Shown here one piece after another: positions 60,377 through 64,000 of a DNA stretch of 64,000 nucleotides. The notes below the pieces were generated by a model. That model was not told the origin of the DNA. It made no database searches and saw only the letters and a list, made by a program, of their open reading frames with translations. This stretch comes from Acidimicrobiia bacterium UBA4744. Its GTDB lineage: Bacteria; Actinomycetota; Acidimicrobiia; Spongiisociales; UBA4744. Position numbers and translations under genes: made by a program. Each line of letters opens with the position of its first letter. The stretch's first letter is position 1. The stretch spans positions 38 through 64,037 of the forward strand of contig DHIO01000022.1 of NCBI GenBank assembly GCA_002403855.1, in the 5' to 3' direction.

Positions 60377-61855
60377 ATGGGAGACAGCAGTCTGAAGAAC
60401 CGCATTTCAACTGCCGAGCAGGCGGCGGCCTCAATACGGGACGGTATGACGGTTGCCATGAGCGGATACGCCATGGCGGGCTATCCCAAAGCTGTTGTCG
60501 AGGCTCTTGTCCAACGCAAACAGAGCGGTGAGGACCTGTCGTTCGGATTGATTACCGGCGCCAATGTGCCATGGCTGGACGAAACGCTCGGATCGGCGAA
60601 ACTCGTAACCCGGCGGGCCCCCATGGTGGCCAGCCGCACCCTCGCCGCGCAAGCCAACGATGGTTCTCTGCGCTACGTCGAGCAGCAGATGAGCAAGATG
60701 CCCCGGCTGCTAAGAGACGGCAGTTTCGGAGACATCGATATCGCCGTGGTCGAAGCGCTGGGATTCGACGAAAACGGCGATCTCATACCCAGCAGTTCGG
60801 TCGGGATGACGCATTATCTGATGGACGCGGCGGATGAGATCATTGTCGAGATCAATGCCGCTCAGCCGGAGGTGCTCCGAGATCTGCATGACATATACAT
60901 CCCGGCAGCAGCGCCCGATACGGAGCCGATCCCGCTGGTCCGCACCGATCAGCGAATCGGTGAGTCGGGAATCCAGGTTGACCCGAAGAAGATCCGATAC
61001 ATCGTCGAGACCGATATCCCGGAACGACTGGGACCCCAGCCAGCAGGCACAGCGGTGACAAAGTACATCGCCGACCATCTGTTCAACTTCCTCGAGTTGG
61101 AGGTACGAAAGACCGGTGGGCATCTTCCGCCGATTCAGACCGGCTTCGGCGGTATCGCCGATTCCATTGCCGAGGGGTTCCAGCAATCCGGTTTCCGCAA
61201 CCTCCAGTTCTTCTGCGGAGGCATTACCGAGCCTGTGTTAGAACTCCTTGTTTCCGAAAAAGCAACAGCTCTATCAACGGGTGGATTGGGCATGAGCGAG
61301 AGGGTGGAGCAGATTCTGAACGACACTCCGAATTTGCGCGACCACCTGGTAATCCGCAACGGTGACATATCCAACAGTGCCGAAGTGATCGGCCGGTTGG
61401 GGCTGGTGGCATTGAATACCGGTATTGAGATTGACCTCTACGGCAATGTGAACTCCAGCCATGTCGCCGGGAGCCGGGTTGTGAACGGTATTGGAGGCGG
61501 AGCGAGTTTCGCCCAGAACGCCGGCCTGTCCGTGATTCTCCTACCTTCCACGGCCAAAGGCGGAGCCATTTCGAACATCGTCCCCATGGTGTCCCACCAG
61601 GACATCGGTGAACATGATGTCGATGTGGTCGTGACCGAGCACGGCGTCGCCGACCTACGCGGGCTGGATGACGGAGAACGGGCGGACGCCATCCTCACGC
61701 ACTGCGCATCTGAGGCCTATAGGGGGCAATTGACGGCCTACCTGCGGACTGCACGCCGGCAATGCGGCGGACATCATCCCCAGCTACCCGAAGCGGCGTT
61801 CGGATGGTATCGACGGCTCAAGGAGGAAGGGACCATGCTGGAGAAGGGATCATGA
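60377..61855 (+). CDS. Family I CoA-transferase/acetyl-CoA hydrolase (AarC/Cat1-like), atypical active site
   Basis: SGY..AGYPK, EIDLYGNVNS, NGIGGG, STAKGGAISNIVP, VTEHGVADLRG. Confidence 0.9.
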   Translation: MGDSSLKNRISTAEQAAASIRDGMTVAMSGYAMAGYPKAVVEALVQRKQSGEDLSFGLITGANVPWLDETLGSAKLVTRRAPMVASRTLAAQANDGSLRYVEQQMSKMPRLLRDGSFGDIDIAVVEALGFDENGDLIPSSSVGMTHYLMDAADEIIVEINAAQPEVLRDLHDIYIPAAAPDTEPIPLVRTDQRIGESGIQVDPKKIRYIVETDIPERLGPQPAGTAVTKYIADHLFNFLELEVRKTGGHLPPIQTGFGGIADSIAEGFQQSGFRNLQFFCGGITEPVLELLVSEKATALSTGGLGMSERVEQILNDTPNLRDHLVIRNGDISNSAEVIGRLGLVALNTGIEIDLYGNVNSSHVAGSRVVNGIGGGASFAQNAGLSVILLPSTAKGGAISNIVPMVSHQDIGEHDVDVVVTEHGVADLRGLDDGERADAILTHCASEAYRGQLTAYLRTARRQCGGHHPQLPEAAFGWYRRLKEEGTMLEKGS

Positions 61856-62742
61856 AGAAGATCGAACTGTATGAAGTCGGGCCTCGCGACGGTTTTCAGA
61901 TGGTGGATGAATACATACCGTTGGACACGAAGGTTCGCATTGTTGAAGGGCTTCTAGATACCGGATTGAGCCATCTGCAAATAACCTCCTTCGTCAGTCC
62001 GAAGGCAATCCCCCAAATGAGGGATGCCCGGGAATTGGCTTCGATCTGCGTCGGCAAGTATCCGGATGCCGATCTCTTCGCACTGGTTCCGAATCTGCGC
62101 GGTGCCGAAGCGGCCTGGGAATCCGGTATCAAATCGGTGTCCTATGTCGTTTCGCTGAGCGAGAGCCACAACCGGGCCAATATCAGAAGGACACATGAAG
62201 AATCCTTGGCCGGACTGCAGGCGATTCTGGATTCCTATCCAGAGATGGATGTCTGTCTGGATCTGTCCACCACATTCGGCTGCCCGTTTGAGGGAATGAA
62301 GGACAAAGACGACGTTGTGCCGTTTCTGAAGCCCTATGTCGACAGCGGAATACGGACCGTCAATCTCTGCGACACAATCGGAATCGCAAACCCTGCTCAG
62401 GTTCGCCGAATCATCGATGCCGTCTGGGACGAGTACCCGTCGCTGGATCTGCAGGTTCATATTCACGACACCCGCAACATGGGAATGGTCAATACGCTGG
62501 CTGCCATCGAGTGTGGTGTCGGCAAAGTGCAATCGACCCTGGGCGGCCTGGGTGGCTGTCCCTTTGCACCCGGAGCATCCGGAAACCTGGCTACCGAAGA
62601 CCTGGCGTTCATGCTGTCTGAAATGGGATACGAGCTTGGCGTCGATATCCCGAAGATGATCGAACTCGCCAAGTACCAGGCCTCAGCAATACCGACCGGA
62701 CAGTTCAGCGGGCATCAAATCAGAATCCCGGACACCAACTAG
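61852..62742 (+). CDS. HMG-CoA lyase family (DRE-TIM) acyl-CoA lyase
   Basis: EVGPRDGFQ, HIHDT, GGLGGCPFAPGASGNLATED; ATGA overlap with the upstream stop. Confidence 0.93.
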   Translation: MKKIELYEVGPRDGFQMVDEYIPLDTKVRIVEGLLDTGLSHLQITSFVSPKAIPQMRDARELASICVGKYPDADLFALVPNLRGAEAAWESGIKSVSYVVSLSESHNRANIRRTHEESLAGLQAILDSYPEMDVCLDLSTTFGCPFEGMKDKDDVVPFLKPYVDSGIRTVNLCDTIGIANPAQVRRIIDAVWDEYPSLDLQVHIHDTRNMGMVNTLAAIECGVGKVQSTLGGLGGCPFAPGASGNLATEDLAFMLSEMGYELGVDIPKMIELAKYQASAIPTGQFSGHQIRIPDTN

Positions 62743-62846
62743 CGGCACGCAGAAAACCGCGCACCTCGGCGTTCTCGCCCGACGGCTTGGTGTCCGCTCG
62801 GAAGGGTACGAGGAACACCTTTCTCGACGGCTGGTAGCCTCGCCGG

Positions 62847-63350
62847 ATGAACCGGCCATCGCGTGATCGACCCGAAATGCCCGACGGCTACGGGGTTCCC
62901 CAAACCGAGAAGGGCGTTCTCGAATGGTCCGTTGTTGAAGATCGACTGAGATCGGCCGTTCACTACTGGATGGCGACAACCCGACCCGATGGGAGACCCC
63001 ACGTGGTTCCTCGTTGGGGTGTGTGGATGGACGGGCGGTTTTGGTACGACGGTGCCGTCGACACGATCCACGTGCAGAACCTGAATGAGAACTCTGCTTG
63101 CGTTCTCCATCTCGAAGATGGCCGCCAAGCTGTGATGGTCGAGGGCCGATCTGAGGCTACGGCCCCTCCTGGGTTGGAACTCGGGGGCCGGTTGGCAGCT
63201 GAGATTTCAGCCAAGTACGGGAAGCTCGGCTACTCGCCGGAGCCAGACGCATGGGAGGGACCCGACGCCGGAGGTCTTAGAGTGTTCACTGCTGTCAAGG
63301 CGATGGCCTGGTTCGAGTTTCCAACCGATGTGACCCGCTTCCGGTTCTGA
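62847..63350 (+). CDS. Pyridoxamine 5'-phosphate oxidase-like (split-barrel) protein
   Basis: RPEMPDGYG, YWMATTRPDGRPHVVP.WG, VTRFRF. Confidence 0.9.
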   Translation: MNRPSRDRPEMPDGYGVPQTEKGVLEWSVVEDRLRSAVHYWMATTRPDGRPHVVPRWGVWMDGRFWYDGAVDTIHVQNLNENSACVLHLEDGRQAVMVEGRSEATAPPGLELGGRLAAEISAKYGKLGYSPEPDAWEGPDAGGLRVFTAVKAMAWFEFPTDVTRFRF

Positions 63351-63500
63351 GCGAGCCGAGACACTCGGAGCGCCCGTAGCCGCCAGTCCCGAACGGCCCG
63401 TCGCCACGACCGCTCCCACCGCGAGTCACCGGGACCTGCCGTCTGGCGGCAACCCGGGCGCGGTGGAAGTGGCTCACGACAAGAAGGACGGAGAGGCGTG

Positions 63501-64000
63501 ATGCGTGGAGTGATCTTGGTGGCGTATGGCACCAAATCCGGTTCAACCGGCGAGGTCGCCGAGGCAGTGGGGCAAGCCCTCAGAGCAAGTTGTTCGACGG
63601 TGGACGTGTGCCCGGTGGGAGATGTGTTCGAGGTTGGCTCATACGACGCCGTGATCGTGGGCAGCCCGGTCCTCTACGGCAAACCGCACCCAGCGGTCGC
63701 CAAGTTCCTGGCGAGGAACCAAGAAGCCTTGCAGCGAAGGCCGGTAGCTGCCTTCCTTACCTGTCTCGAACTGACGCAGACCGTCGACGAGAACGAGCCA
63801 GGCATCTCAACATATGTCGATCCGTCGCTGGGAAGGCCACCCGCGAACGAGGAGGGGTTGAGCTATTTCGAGAAGACCCACCTCATGTCGGGATTTCTCA
63901 ATGCGCTGCTCAAGAGCGCGCCGCAGGTGAAGCCGGTCAGCGTGGCAGTCTTCAGAGGGAAGCTGGACTACGACAAGCTCGACTGGATCAGTTGGCTGGT
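63501..64000 (+). CDS. HemG-like flavodoxin-domain protein, partial at right edge
   Basis: Manual translation ILVAYGTKSGSTGEVAEAV..YDAVIVGSPVLYG..VFRGKLDY. Confidence 0.85.
   Translation, partial: MRGVILVAYGTKSGSTGEVAEAVGQALRASCSTVDVCPVGDVFEVGSYDAVIVGSPVLYGKPHPAVAKFLARNQEALQRRPVAAFLTCLELTQTVDENEPGISTYVDPSLGRPPANEEGLSYFEKTHLMSGFLNALLKSAPQVKPVSVAVFRGKLDYDKLDWISWL

Noticed and set aside
1-64000. Prophage, IS, integron, tRNA/rRNA or canonical defence system
   Set aside because: No integrase, transposase, phage structural, restriction-modification or toxin-antitoxin motifs, no recurring attC-like sites, and no tRNA/rRNA signatures were recognised by eye.

Overview
High-GC, actinobacterial-looking chromosomal segment (codon style, Thr-rich lipoproteins and DUF389/DUF4389/DUF6326/LLM content suggest Acidimicrobiia; this is inference). 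It holds about 60 mostly unlinked accessory genes for signalling, membrane and lipoproteins, transporters and stand-alone enzymes. I found no rRNA, tRNA, CRISPR array, transposase or integrase. Three themes stand out. (1) Gene scars are pervasive: a reductive pyrimidine-degradation operon reduced to one intact aminotransferase, an internally deleted nadR, and fragments of ALDH, Zn-ADH, serine hydrolase and membrane-protein genes. (2) A compositionally distinct three-gene operon at 58.9-62.7 kb encodes a SauS-like CoA-acylating aldehyde dehydrogenase, a family I CoA-transferase that appears to lack the canonical catalytic Glu, and an HMG-CoA-lyase-family enzyme; this is the best candidate for an undescribed pathway. 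(3) Two dispersed paralogs of a ~62-aa Trp-rich zinc-ribbon microprotein are present. All family calls come from motif recognition by eye; no database searches were run.
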